Made by a program: the position numbers and the translations under genes. From Patescibacteria group bacterium (lineage in GTDB: Bacteria > Patescibacteriota > JACPGU01), in assembly GCA_028718745.1 (NCBI GenBank), contig JAQULF010000003.1, forward strand, positions 160 through 64,159: DNA of 64,000 nt. Direction: 5' to 3'. Under the pieces are notes generated by a model. The model worked only from the letters and a program-made list of their open reading frames with translations. It searched no databases and was not told the origin of the DNA. Shown here one piece after another: positions 29,898 through 39,598 of this stretch (position 1 is its first letter; every line of letters starts with the position of its first letter).

Positions 29898-30763
29898 TTC
29901 ACTATCACTCTTCCATTCACCGACAAGATCACATATTCCGTAATCTTTTCTCCTTGTTGAAAAACTTTGGATAACTTATCCAATTGCTCAACTACATCAG
30001 CTCCGGTATCAAAAACTATATAGAAGCCGCTATTTACATGCGCTTTCAATTCGAAGGTTGTTTGGTTGATGCTGTAGATTGTAATCCCAAGGCCAAATCT
30101 TTTTTTCAAACTCTCATCTACTACATTAACGAAATCGATAAATTCTTTGGTAACAATGCGATCTCCAACTTTTACAGGTAATCCCGCCTGATCAATTATG
30201 GTGGGCATTTTTAAATCTTCCTTCATGTCAGACATAACATAACCATTATTGTCTAGAAGATATTTGCTTTCCCCCACTTGCCAAATAATAGTACTGGGTT
30301 TTTCTTGTATTTTGATTTTTAATTTCGATGGAAACACTTTGTAAACTCTGACATCATCTATTCTTTTGTAATAATCCAGCAATACATTTTTTACCTGGCT
30401 GGTATTAAGCAAAAAAAGATTTTTATTGTTGATGTTTCTTTCTTCAAGAAACTTAACTATATCTCCCTCCAATAATATCTGATTATTTACCACGACTATC
30501 TTTTTTATCTTAAAAACTTCCGAGAAAAGCAAAACATAAGCGATACCGGCTAAGCAAAGTAAAACAAAAAGTATTTTCCAGTATGGAATGTAAAGTTTTT
30601 TTTCTGGTCGGCCAAAAACCTCGTTGGCATAATGTTTGGGAACGCTTTTACCTTTGCGAGATTTGAGATGAAAAGATAATCCAAATCTTTTTTGTTTGGC
30701 ACCCTTGTAAATATCTACTCGCTGTTTTCTGGTAATCTGGTTTTTGTTTCTCCGTCGGAACAT
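29894..30763 (-). CDS. ftsQ: Cell division protein FtsQ/DivIB (POTRA domain)
   Basis: Basic N-terminus, TM, FKIKKIVVVNN..KVFPSKLKIKIQE; last gene of the dcw cluster. Confidence 0.8.
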   Translation of the reverse strand: MFRRRNKNQITRKQRVDIYKGAKQKRFGLSFHLKSRKGKSVPKHYANEVFGRPEKKLYIPYWKILFVLLCLAGIAYVLLFSEVFKIKKIVVVNNQILLEGDIVKFLEERNINNKNLFLLNTSQVKNVLLDYYKRIDDVRVYKVFPSKLKIKIQEKPSTIIWQVGESKYLLDNNGYVMSDMKEDLKMPTIIDQAGLPVKVGDRIVTKEFIDFVNVVDESLKKRFGLGITIYSINQTTFELKAHVNSGFYIVFDTGADVVEQLDKLSKVFQQGEKITEYVILSVNGRVIVK

Positions 30764-30767
30764 TTTA

Positions 30768-32234
30768 TTATCCCTCCAAAAACTTTTCACCTATTTTATA
30801 CACACTTCCCGCACCGATTGTTAAAACCACCCATTCACCTTTCTTCAGATTTTTATTCATGTATTCAACTACCTTATCGTAACTGTGAATGTAAAGAGCC
30901 TCTACACCATTACTTTTTATTTCTTCTACAACATCCTCTGCGCTAATCCTCTTTTTGTCTTCTTCGGTATCGCGAGTCTCATAAATGCCGGGAACAATCA
31001 CAAGATCGGCATTGCCAAATGAATAGCCAAATTCTTTTTTGAGCAAATATGTCCGACTATATTGATGTGGTTCAAAAATCGCCAAAATCTTTTTGGTTTT
31101 GAAAAACTTTTTTGTTCCCTCGAGTGCATATTTTATTTCGGTAGGATGATGCGAATAATCATCTATAACAATGATTCCATTTTTCTCGCCTTTTATTTGG
31201 AATCTTCGATTGGTGCCGCGAAAATCAGACAATACCTCGCGAACAACATCCATGTCTATTTTCAAATGATTGGCTACAATTATCGCCGCGCAGGCATTGG
31301 CGATATTGTGTTTTCCGGGAATGTGCAAATGAAAAGACCCCAGATCGGTTCCATCACTCAAGCTAAAAAGAGTTTCGCCTTCTTTCTGGCGAACTTCTTC
31401 GACTTCCCAATATTGGTCTAAGCTTTCTCCCTGCATCCTGTTTTTGCTGCCGAAACCAAAACCAACGACTTTGCATTTAGCTTCTTTGGCGACTTCTAAA
31501 CAATTGTTATCATCCGCAGAAATGATTAATAATCCATTCTCTGGAATATGACTCACAAATTTTTTGAAGGCCTTCTTTATATCTTCAATATCTTTGTAGC
31601 AATCCAAGTGGTCTGCCTCGACATTTGTAATTACCGTGATTTCCGGATAAAGGTCTAGAAACGAACGGTCATATTCGCAGGCTTCGGCTACAAAATATTC
31701 GCCTTTCCCGGATAAAAAATTTCCTCCGATGTTTTTTACTTCTCCGCCAATCATAGCAGTGGGATCTAATCCCGCATCTTTTAAAATCAACGAGATCATT
31801 GTGGTGGTGGTGGTTTTACCATGCGTCCCCGCAATTGCAATTCCTCTTTTTCTTTTCATCATCTGACCCAAAACGAAGGATCTTTTTACAATCGGTATTC
31901 CATATTCCAAAGCTTTTTCCAGCTCGGGATTGTTTTTGGGAATAGCCGAAGAAACTACCATTACATTAATGTCCCTGGAAATGTTCTGCTTCTTTTGCCC
32001 TATAAAGACTTTGATCCCAGCATCTTCCAGTTTCTTGGTTATTGACGACTCTTTCATATCGGAACCGGAAACTTTAAATCCCAAATCTTTCATGATGAAG
32101 GCCAGTGCGCTCATACCAATACCGCCTATCCCGATGAAATAGCAGTTAGCGCTCGATCCGGAAAATATTTTATCATAAGGGCGAAAAAGAAGCCTGACTC
32201 TCCTTCTGATCCCCCAGAGTAATTTTCTTAACAT
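30768..32234 (-). CDS. murC: UDP-N-acetylmuramate--L-alanine ligase
   Basis: FIGIGGIGMSALA, IAGTHGKTTTT, EACEYDRSF, DDYSHHPTE, FEPHQYSRT. Confidence 0.96.
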   Translation of the reverse strand: MLRKLLWGIRRRVRLLFRPYDKIFSGSSANCYFIGIGGIGMSALAFIMKDLGFKVSGSDMKESSITKKLEDAGIKVFIGQKKQNISRDINVMVVSSAIPKNNPELEKALEYGIPIVKRSFVLGQMMKRKRGIAIAGTHGKTTTTTMISLILKDAGLDPTAMIGGEVKNIGGNFLSGKGEYFVAEACEYDRSFLDLYPEITVITNVEADHLDCYKDIEDIKKAFKKFVSHIPENGLLIISADDNNCLEVAKEAKCKVVGFGFGSKNRMQGESLDQYWEVEEVRQKEGETLFSLSDGTDLGSFHLHIPGKHNIANACAAIIVANHLKIDMDVVREVLSDFRGTNRRFQIKGEKNGIIVIDDYSHHPTEIKYALEGTKKFFKTKKILAIFEPHQYSRTYLLKKEFGYSFGNADLVIVPGIYETRDTEEDKKRISAEDVVEEIKSNGVEALYIHSYDKVVEYMNKNLKKGEWVVLTIGAGSVYKIGEKFLEG

Positions 32235-32337
32235 AGATAAAAAATTAGTTTTAAAACCAATAGCTATTTTAGCATAAAAAGGGCTTATCTCAAAACTTAA
32301 ATCTTTCCCATACTTACTACTTACTACTTACTACTTA

Positions 32338-33480
32338 CTACTTACTACCCGCTACCATTCCCAATATCTCCTCGGCTATAATATGCGCGCTATTTTCCGG
32401 AAAAATGTTTTTCATATTTTTTACCATAGAGTCTCTCGTTTTCTTGTCTTTCATCAAAAAATCTATTTCTTCATATAGTTTTTCAGCGGTTAAAAGATTT
32501 TCGTCCAATACTGATGCGATTTCATTTTTCTGTAGAAATTTTGCATTCTTGTTTTGATGATCGGCAGCGGCAGATGATAAGGGAATCAAAATCGCCGGTT
32601 TTTTTAAAGCAACAATCTCTGCAATTGAATTTGCCCCGGCGCGACTTACAACCAAATCGGTATTATTCAAAAAATCTTTTAGCTCTTCTTTCGCGTAACC
32701 AAACTCCAAATATCTTTCTCGTTCCGGCTTGCTTAATAATGAACGCTTATCCCTGAAGTATTCTTCATTATTTTTTCCGGTTTGGTGAATAAGATTGTAG
32801 TTGGCAAGAATTTTATTTAACAATTCATCGATCAATTCATTAATTCTTCCCGAACCTTGGCTTCCTCCCAAAACAAAAATAATTTTTTTTGTTTTATCTA
32901 AACCGTATTGTTGAAAAAAGTTTTTCTTATCGCTTTTTATATTCAGAAGTTCTTTTCTTACCGGATTTCCGCTAAAATAAGTTTTCTTTATAGAAATTCC
33001 CTTGTAGATATCAACCGGAAAACCAAGATAGACTTTCTTAGCAAATGGCAAAAGTATTTTATTGGATAATCCTATTACAGAATCCGATTCATGAATAACA
33101 AAAGGTATTCGCAATAATGCAGCTGCCAAGCAAAAAGGTACAGTGACAAACCCTCCCTTGGCAAAAATAATATCTGGTCGATTAAATAACAAGATAAAAA
33201 AAGATTGAACAAATCCAATCAACATCAAAAAAATATCGCTGAAGTTTTTTATGTCAAAATATCTTCGAAGCTTTCCCGTAAAAATGCCCTTATATCTCAA
33301 GCCGTATGTCCCGATCAATTCTTGCTCAATGCCATGTCGGCGGCCTATATACAAAAAATCAACGCTAACATTTTTAGCTTTGGATATTTTTACCAGCTCA
33401 TCAATGATCGCAAGATTGGGAGCCACATGACCGGCCGTCCCACCACCTACGAAGATTATTTTAAAATGTTTTTCTTCCAT
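32338..33480 (-). CDS. murG: Lipid II GlcNAc transferase
   Basis: GGGTAGHV.P, KGGFV, HESD, GNPVR, GGSQG, SRAGA, HQ.KNA. Confidence 0.96.
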   Translation of the reverse strand: MEEKHFKIIFVGGGTAGHVAPNLAIIDELVKISKAKNVSVDFLYIGRRHGIEQELIGTYGLRYKGIFTGKLRRYFDIKNFSDIFLMLIGFVQSFFILLFNRPDIIFAKGGFVTVPFCLAAALLRIPFVIHESDSVIGLSNKILLPFAKKVYLGFPVDIYKGISIKKTYFSGNPVRKELLNIKSDKKNFFQQYGLDKTKKIIFVLGGSQGSGRINELIDELLNKILANYNLIHQTGKNNEEYFRDKRSLLSKPERERYLEFGYAKEELKDFLNNTDLVVSRAGANSIAEIVALKKPAILIPLSSAAADHQNKNAKFLQKNEIASVLDENLLTAEKLYEEIDFLMKDKKTRDSMVKNMKNIFPENSAHIIAEEILGMVAGSK

Positions 33481-33488
33481 AAATTGTT

Positions 33489-34607
33489 CTACCTACTCTG
33501 CCCTTTTGATATATTCAACAATATGCCCGATGCCAGCAACACCATAATCAGTGAAGTTCCCCCGTAACTGATAAACGGCAATGGAACACCGGTTAATGGC
33601 ACTAAGGCTACCATCGTACAGATATTTAATATAGCTTGAAAAATTATCCAGCTGGTTAGGCCAAAGGCCAACATCTTTCCAAAAAAATCCGGACTATTAC
33701 GAGCAATCAAATATCCTCTCCAAGCAAAAACTACAAATAAGGCTATGGGGAAAATCATAACTTTTATAAACCCCAATTCTTCCGCAATAATTGCAAAAGC
33801 CGAATCGCCTACCGCTTCGGGAATATACCCGGTATATTTTTGGCCTGACTTTCCAAAACCTCTCCCCCACCATCCTCCGGAACCGACTGCTATCAAGGCT
33901 TGATTAACATGAAATCCCATGCCAAGTGGATCCTTTTCCGGATCGAGAAACACTAATAGCCTTTGCATTCTATATGGCGCTGCCTTAATCAAGGTGGCAA
34001 TTGCAAGTGTTGCCCCTCCCAAAATAGTTCCCATAAAAACAAGTCTGGCACCAGCTATAAAATACATTGCGATAGAAACAGAGGCAATTACCAAAAAAGT
34101 TCCCAGATCGGGTTGTTTGACTAACATTGCTCCTACAAAAAGAATTATTCCGCAAAAAGGTAAAAATACTCTTTTGAAAACATTAATATTTTTTCTGTTG
34201 TCCTCAAACCAGCTTGCCCAAAAAATAATTAAAGCTAGTTTTAATATCTCTGATGGCTGAAAAGGAAAGCCGATATTAATCCAGCGAGTAGCCCCATTAT
34301 AGCTAAACCCAACTCCCGGAATAAAAACTATAGCTGTCAAAACAACGCTGATTATTAATAGAGGAAGAGCTATTTTTTTGTAAATATGATAATCTATTTT
34401 CTGCGCTAAAAACCAAACTACTATCCCGCCTCCCGCAAAAGCCAATTGTTTATAAAGATAAAAATTGGTGTAACCGAAATTCTCAAAACTAATTACTGAA
34501 GAAACCGAGGATAACATTATCAAACCAAAAGCCAACAACACAAAAGTTGTTAACGCCAAAATAATATCTATCTTTGGTTTTTTGAATCGTGAACTAAGTA
34601 TAGCCAT
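33489..34607 (-). CDS. ftsW: SEDS peptidoglycan polymerase FtsW
   Basis: GATRWI, FQPSE, QPDLGT, IAEELG, PLTGVPLPFISYGG; located between murD and murG. Confidence 0.93.
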   Translation of the reverse strand: MAILSSRFKKPKIDIILALTTFVLLAFGLIMLSSVSSVISFENFGYTNFYLYKQLAFAGGGIVVWFLAQKIDYHIYKKIALPLLIISVVLTAIVFIPGVGFSYNGATRWINIGFPFQPSEILKLALIIFWASWFEDNRKNINVFKRVFLPFCGIILFVGAMLVKQPDLGTFLVIASVSIAMYFIAGARLVFMGTILGGATLAIATLIKAAPYRMQRLLVFLDPEKDPLGMGFHVNQALIAVGSGGWWGRGFGKSGQKYTGYIPEAVGDSAFAIIAEELGFIKVMIFPIALFVVFAWRGYLIARNSPDFFGKMLAFGLTSWIIFQAILNICTMVALVPLTGVPLPFISYGGTSLIMVLLASGILLNISKGQSR

Positions 34608-34612
34608 AAAGT

Positions 34613-34658
34613 TGTCATCCTCGAGCTTCTGTTGTACTCAACAGAAAATCAAGGATCT
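34613..34658. repeat. GTCATCCTCGA-family palindromic element
   Basis: tgtcatcctcgagcttctgttgtactcaacagaaaatcaaggatct; near-identical to the reverse complement of 8694-8752. Confidence 0.8.
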
Positions 34659-34708
34659 AATTTTTTATTTGTATTATTCGTATATTCGTACCGATTTGTA
34701 ATTCGTAG

Positions 34709-36064
34709 TTATTTCAACTTGTTAACCTCTTTGATAAACCTCTTACCTCGATCAAACTCATTGATAAATAAATTGAAACTTGCTCCTCCGGGAGAGAGTA
34801 GTATCGTATCTCCTTTTTTACTTAAAGAATAAGCTTTTTTAACCGCTTCTTTCATATTTTCAACTTCAAAAATATTTTCCGCCTTATAATCAAAACTAAA
34901 TTTCTCTTTTATTTTATCAGAAAATGATCCCGGAAGCAGCACTGTTTTTAGATTGCGCGTCTCAATTTTTTCTGCCAACTCATCTACATCCCCCCCAAAC
35001 ATTTTGTCCACTCCGCCCAAAATCAAAATCGGTTTTTTGAATTCTTCCAAAGCAAAGTTAACTGCGGAAGGATGAGTAGCGGTTGTATCATTTATAAAAG
35101 TTCTACCTTTAATTTTTGCGACTGACTCTTTCCTACCTTCTAGTCCCTTAAAATCTCTAATCACTTTTTTGATATCGGCATTTTCTATCCCAAATATTTT
35201 GGCGAATTTAAACAAAGCGTCATCATTCGTTCCGTCAAAAAATACTTTTTTGCTTTTTGCGTCCTTAATGATCTTCTGTAGTTTCTTGTTAGTAATTAAA
35301 ATATCATTCTTTTTTTGGAATCGATAAATATCTCTTTTTGCTTCAATATAGTTTTCGTATGAAAAATGGAAAGAAATATGTTCCGGATAGATATTTGTAA
35401 TCACTGCGACATCCGGACTTCGCTTTGCATATCTCGCGTGGTGAAGTTGAGCCGATGATAATTCCAAAACCACGATTGATTTCTCATCCGCTTCTTCCAA
35501 ACAATCAAAAACTGATTTGCGTATATTTCCTCCAAAAAAAACTTTGTTAAAAATTGTTGGTTCGGTGGCTTTGTCCCCGAACCTTACCAAAAGTCCGCCT
35601 TTTTTATCAATCCGACTTTTTATCAAATCAAAAATCATCGCTGTCACGGTCGACTTGCCTTTGGTCCCTGTAATTCCAATTTTAAATGAAGGTGAATTTT
35701 CAAAAAATATCCCAATATCATTTTCTACCTTTACTCCGGCTTTCTGCGCAACGCGTAAAAAATCGCTATCGTCTTTTACTCCCGGATTGCGAATAACAAA
35801 ATTGGAATTGGTAAAATATTTTTCCAAATGCTCGCCCAATCGAAATGTAATTTTTTTACCCCGCCCTGGCGGGGTTAACTTTGCAACCGAGCTTTTTAAT
35901 TCCTTTTCACTTTTTGTATCAGTAACTAAAACCTTGGCGCCTAGTTTTGCAAAAAACTTCGCCGTTCCAACTCCCCCTCCATGCAAACCCAAACCCCAGA
36001 CCAAAACTTTTTTGCCTTTATACTTTTTTTCTAGGTTTTTTGTAATATCATTTTTTGATTTCAT
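34709..36064 (-). CDS. murD: UDP-MurNAc-L-Ala--D-glutamate ligase
   Basis: GLGLHGGG, ITGTKGKST, LELSS, FINDTTAT, LLSPGGASF..RG..F. Confidence 0.93.
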   Translation of the reverse strand: MKSKNDITKNLEKKYKGKKVLVWGLGLHGGGVGTAKFFAKLGAKVLVTDTKSEKELKSSVAKLTPPGRGKKITFRLGEHLEKYFTNSNFVIRNPGVKDDSDFLRVAQKAGVKVENDIGIFFENSPSFKIGITGTKGKSTVTAMIFDLIKSRIDKKGGLLVRFGDKATEPTIFNKVFFGGNIRKSVFDCLEEADEKSIVVLELSSAQLHHARYAKRSPDVAVITNIYPEHISFHFSYENYIEAKRDIYRFQKKNDILITNKKLQKIIKDAKSKKVFFDGTNDDALFKFAKIFGIENADIKKVIRDFKGLEGRKESVAKIKGRTFINDTTATHPSAVNFALEEFKKPILILGGVDKMFGGDVDELAEKIETRNLKTVLLPGSFSDKIKEKFSFDYKAENIFEVENMKEAVKKAYSLSKKGDTILLSPGGASFNLFINEFDRGKRFIKEVNKLK

Positions 36065-36124
36065 ACATTAACTTTTTATTTAGTAAAAATGAAATCATCC
36101 CGAGTACTCGAGGAACTACATTAT

Positions 36125-36652
36125 TTATAACTTATATTTTTCTTTTATCATTTTTGCAACTTTCTTTGCGGAAATCTTAGTATTATCTATATTTAAGTTT
36201 TTAACAAAAGGAATCGGTAAAAATAAATTAAATTCTTTCAAACAACTATTTAGTTTTTTGGCTGTTCTTATTTTGCCATGATATTTTCTGGATTCCCCAA
36301 CAACTCTTTTGCATAACTCTTTTTTATCGCTATAAAGCTGGGCGAAACAAATTTTCCCATTATATTTTTTAACCTTTCTTATAACATCCTTCACAAATTT
36401 GTCATCATGATCGCGCACATAACAAAAAGTAAAAATCAGATTAACATTGTTCTTAGCTGCTAACTCTATCATCTCTAATCGAAGTCGCGAGGAAATTTCA
36501 AAAAAGTTTTTTTCGCCAAATTTAAGTACAGAGGTTATTAGATCTACTGTTAGGTGATTATGAAAAACCTTATAACCAGTAAGCTTTGCTAACTCCTTTG
36601 CGACTGTTAATTTTCCCGTTGCCGGCGGTCCATAAATAAAAACTAAGTTCAT
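36125..36652 (-). CDS. P-loop nucleotide kinase / AAA-family protein (shikimate-kinase-like)
   Basis: FIYGPPATGKLT Walker A. Confidence 0.75.
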   Translation of the reverse strand: MNLVFIYGPPATGKLTVAKELAKLTGYKVFHNHLTVDLITSVLKFGEKNFFEISSRLRLEMIELAAKNNVNLIFTFCYVRDHDDKFVKDVIRKVKKYNGKICFAQLYSDKKELCKRVVGESRKYHGKIRTAKKLNSCLKEFNLFLPIPFVKNLNIDNTKISAKKVAKMIKEKYKL

Positions 36653-36684
36653 AAATTTTATTTTAATTCTTTTTTCATTTTATT

Positions 36685-36754
36685 TGACAAACTATCGTTT
36701 GTCACTCCAAAATTCATGATTATCGCATTTGGAATGACGGACGACAGTCCGTTA
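36685..36754. repeat. REP pair (TGGARTGAC family) flanking the RAYT gene
   Basis: TGACAAACTATCGTTTGTCACTCCAA and TTGGAATGACGGACGACAGTCCGTTA. Confidence 0.85.
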
Positions 36755-36767
36755 TCTTTTCTTAATT

Positions 36768-37394
36768 TTAATCTTCTATATTTATATCATTCGCGGGATA
36801 ATAATAAAAGCAATCAAACAAAAAATCTTTTCCTCTTTTTGTTAGCCAATGCTTGTAACTGCAAAAATTAAAATTTTCCAATTCCTCAAAATTTTTTACC
36901 AAACCGTGCTTTATTGGATTTTGGTGAATATAATTGAATATCTTAAAGAAATCTCGTTCGCCTCTTATGCAATAATCCCAATACTGATAAAATACTTTTC
37001 TTCCCTCACAATCGTCCATCTTATTTAAAACTCTCGCAATCGAAGAATTCAAACGATTTGCGAAATAGGAAATCTTTTTTTGTTTGACAGCCTTACGGCT
37101 GTCATTCCAAGGATTTTCTAAAAAATCTAGCATACCACTGTTTGTATTTGGAGTGACACCCGTGAGGGTGTCGTCCTCAATAGAGTTTAACTTTAGCAAC
37201 AAATGATAATGGTTTTTCATTATCGCAAAAGCATAAAGTGAAATTCCTAATTCTTTAATTAAGTTGTTAATTATGTTTAAAATTATTCCCTCTCTTCCGG
37301 AAAAATAATTTTTCTTTTCAAAACACCTTGTTGTTAAAAAATAAACTTCATTTTCTAATTCTAAATGAAACGGCCTGTGCTTATTTGATTTCAT
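36768..37394 (-). mobile_element. REP-associated tyrosine transposase (RAYT / IS200-like Y1 HUH nuclease)
   Basis: YFLTTR, AFAIMKNHYH (HUH motif), YWDYCIR, catalytic NYIHQNP.KHGLV; REPs flank and lie inside the gene. Confidence 0.9.
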
Positions 37395-37395
37395 T

Positions 37396-37755
37396 TTATT
37401 TCCTAAAATCTATCCCACCTGCTTTTTTATTGGTATGCCCGACGCGCTTAACATCCTCAACCGGAAATCTTGTTTCGTATTCTTCCAAAACATCATCGAT
37501 AGCCTTCTGGGAATCGACTCCGCAAATGTGGGCTATTTTTAAAGCAAGAAAAGTAATATCACCAATAAAGTTTTCTACTTCACCCATATTTTCTTTTATT
37601 AACTTTTCCTGTTCTTTAGCGTCCACCCATTTAATTATATTCCAAAATTCTCCAATCTCCTCGCTCATATTAAGCAGGAGATCCTTTACTTCGCTGACAT
37701 TCCCCCATCCCCTTTCCTTATTAAATTTTTCGATTTTGTCCTGTGTTTTTTTCAT
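37396..37755 (-). CDS. MazG-like nucleotide pyrophosphohydrolase
   Basis: FNKERGW, EEIGE, IGD, RFPVE. Confidence 0.75.
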   Translation of the reverse strand: MKKTQDKIEKFNKERGWGNVSEVKDLLLNMSEEIGEFWNIIKWVDAKEQEKLIKENMGEVENFIGDITFLALKIAHICGVDSQKAIDDVLEEYETRFPVEDVKRVGHTNKKAGGIDFRK

Positions 37756-37759
37756 AAAT

Positions 37760-38431
37760 TTATTTTAAGCTTTCTAATATCTTTTCAAATTCTTCTCCAT
37801 ATTTTATTTCAAATTTTTCTAATCTTCCGGTTGCGGGATGGGTGAACTCAATCCGTTTTGCGATGAGCGCAAATCCATTGGTCTTCAATCCTTCAACTCT
37901 ACCGTTATAAAGTTTATCGCCTACAATCGGATGACCGATATAAGCCATGTGAACGCGAAGTTGATGTGTGCGGCCAGTTATTGGTTCTAATTTAACTAAA
38001 GTGTATTCATCCGCAATTCTTTTTAAAGTTTCAAAGTTTGTTACCGCCTTCTCTCCATTTTTTACTACCCATCTTTTTTGGCGAATTTTATAATCTAATC
38101 CAATCGGCGCATCGATGGTTCCTTTTTTCTTATCAAATATCCCGATCACAATCGCATGATAAATTTTTTTAACTTTCTTTTCGCGAAATTGTTGCTCAAG
38201 ATTTTTCTGCGCCTTTTCATTCTTGGCAATTATAACTAGTCCCGAAGTGAATTTATCTAAACGGTGCACCAATCGTAGGGGCACGGCGCGCCGTGCCCCT
38301 ACATTGTTCAAATAATTAATTATATTGTTAGGATTATTGTCCCGCGGCGCATCCACCTCAATCCCCGCCTCTTTGTTTACAACCAAAATGTCAGCGTCCT
38401 CAAAAACTATTTTAACTAAATTATTAATCAT
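37760..38431 (-). CDS. RluA-family pseudouridine synthase
   Basis: VVNKEAG, VHRLDKFTSG, ITGRTHQLRVH..IGHPIVGD.LY. Confidence 0.93.
   Translation of the reverse strand: MINNLVKIVFEDADILVVNKEAGIEVDAPRDNNPNNIINYLNNVGARRAVPLRLVHRLDKFTSGLVIIAKNEKAQKNLEQQFREKKVKKIYHAIVIGIFDKKKGTIDAPIGLDYKIRQKRWVVKNGEKAVTNFETLKRIADEYTLVKLEPITGRTHQLRVHMAYIGHPIVGDKLYNGRVEGLKTNGFALIAKRIEFTHPATGRLEKFEIKYGEEFEKILESLK
38275..38302. repeat. Perfect 28-bp GTAG palindrome inside rluA
   Basis: GTAGGGGCACGGCGCGCCGTGCCCCTAC, encoding VGARRAVPL. Confidence 0.85.
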
Positions 38432-38548
38432 AGTATAAAAAATTAAAAATAAAATATAAAAAATAAATATTTAAATACATAAAAACAAAAATATTTTTAA
38501 ATTTTTAATTTGTGTTTTTTATTTTTGATATTTTATTTTTTTATATTC

Positions 38549-39577
38549 CTATCTTACTCCTCCTCCCATAATCCCAATCACAATTCCCAAAACAGCAGCA
38601 ACTGCACCGATTACCCAAAACCGCATCGTAATCTTCGTTTCCGGCCAACCGATAGCTTGCAAGTGATGATGAACAGGAGCTGATAAAAATATCTTTCTTT
38701 TAAAAAACTTTTTTGAAAATATCTGAATTAAGCTTGATCCTGCTTCTACGACAAAAACTATCCCGATAATTGGTAAAACAAAAACAGAGTCCGTCAGCAT
38801 AGCCACTACGCCCAGTGCCGTACCCAGAGCAAACGCTCCTGAATCCCCCATTAGAAACCGAGCCGGGAAGATATTAAACCAAGTGTAGGCCAGCGTCGCC
38901 CCGATCATCGCCGCGCAAAAACCTGCTATGCCATAGTTACCTTGTACCATAGCGATTACGGCAAAAGCGCCAAACGCAAGGCTCAAAAGGCCTCCTGCAA
39001 GCCCATCCAGCCCATCCGTAATATTAACGGCATTGGCGGTCGAGATAACAACCAGCGCAAACAGCGGTATGTAGAAAAACCCAATATTAAAATCACCCAC
39101 GGCGGGAACATGGAGCATACTATAATCAAGTTTGAAGTAGAAATAAAGCGCGCCAATTACAGCAATGCCCAATATCAGCATAAATTTCAGCCCTGACCTT
39201 AAGCCCCCAGCCCGATTGCTGGATCCTCGGATATTGAGGTAGTCATCGACTAATCCCACCATACCCGCACCAAAGAAGGCAAATAGCGGCAACCAGGTTT
39301 GGTTACGGCTTAGATTAAGGATGAGTGTCACAATGACGACGGTAGCAATAGCAACAATGCCTGCCATAGTTGGAAAATCCCGCGCGTGTTTCGCGGCCTG
39401 TAAGCTATGAACTATGGGAGTTGCCTCGCCGCTTGTAGACGAATGAGTACGAGCCTTCTTCCACCACTTATACTTGAATGCGAAGTGAGTATAGATGGGA
39501 GTAAAAGCCATTGCTAAAAGAAAAGATGTTACTGTCAAAACTAGAATTCTAATAATATCACTTGATTGAAATTGCAT
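38549..39577 (-). CDS. mraY: Phospho-MurNAc-pentapeptide transferase
   Basis: PTMAG, GLVDDY, NAVNITDGLDGL, FNIFPAR..MGDSG, APVHHH. Confidence 0.95.
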   Translation of the reverse strand: MQFQSSDIIRILVLTVTSFLLAMAFTPIYTHFAFKYKWWKKARTHSSTSGEATPIVHSLQAAKHARDFPTMAGIVAIATVVIVTLILNLSRNQTWLPLFAFFGAGMVGLVDDYLNIRGSSNRAGGLRSGLKFMLILGIAVIGALYFYFKLDYSMLHVPAVGDFNIGFFYIPLFALVVISTANAVNITDGLDGLAGGLLSLAFGAFAVIAMVQGNYGIAGFCAAMIGATLAYTWFNIFPARFLMGDSGAFALGTALGVVAMLTDSVFVLPIIGIVFVVEAGSSLIQIFSKKFFKRKIFLSAPVHHHLQAIGWPETKITMRFWVIGAVAAVLGIVIGIMGGGVR

Positions 39578-39598
39578 TTTTCTCTCCTTTTATATTAA

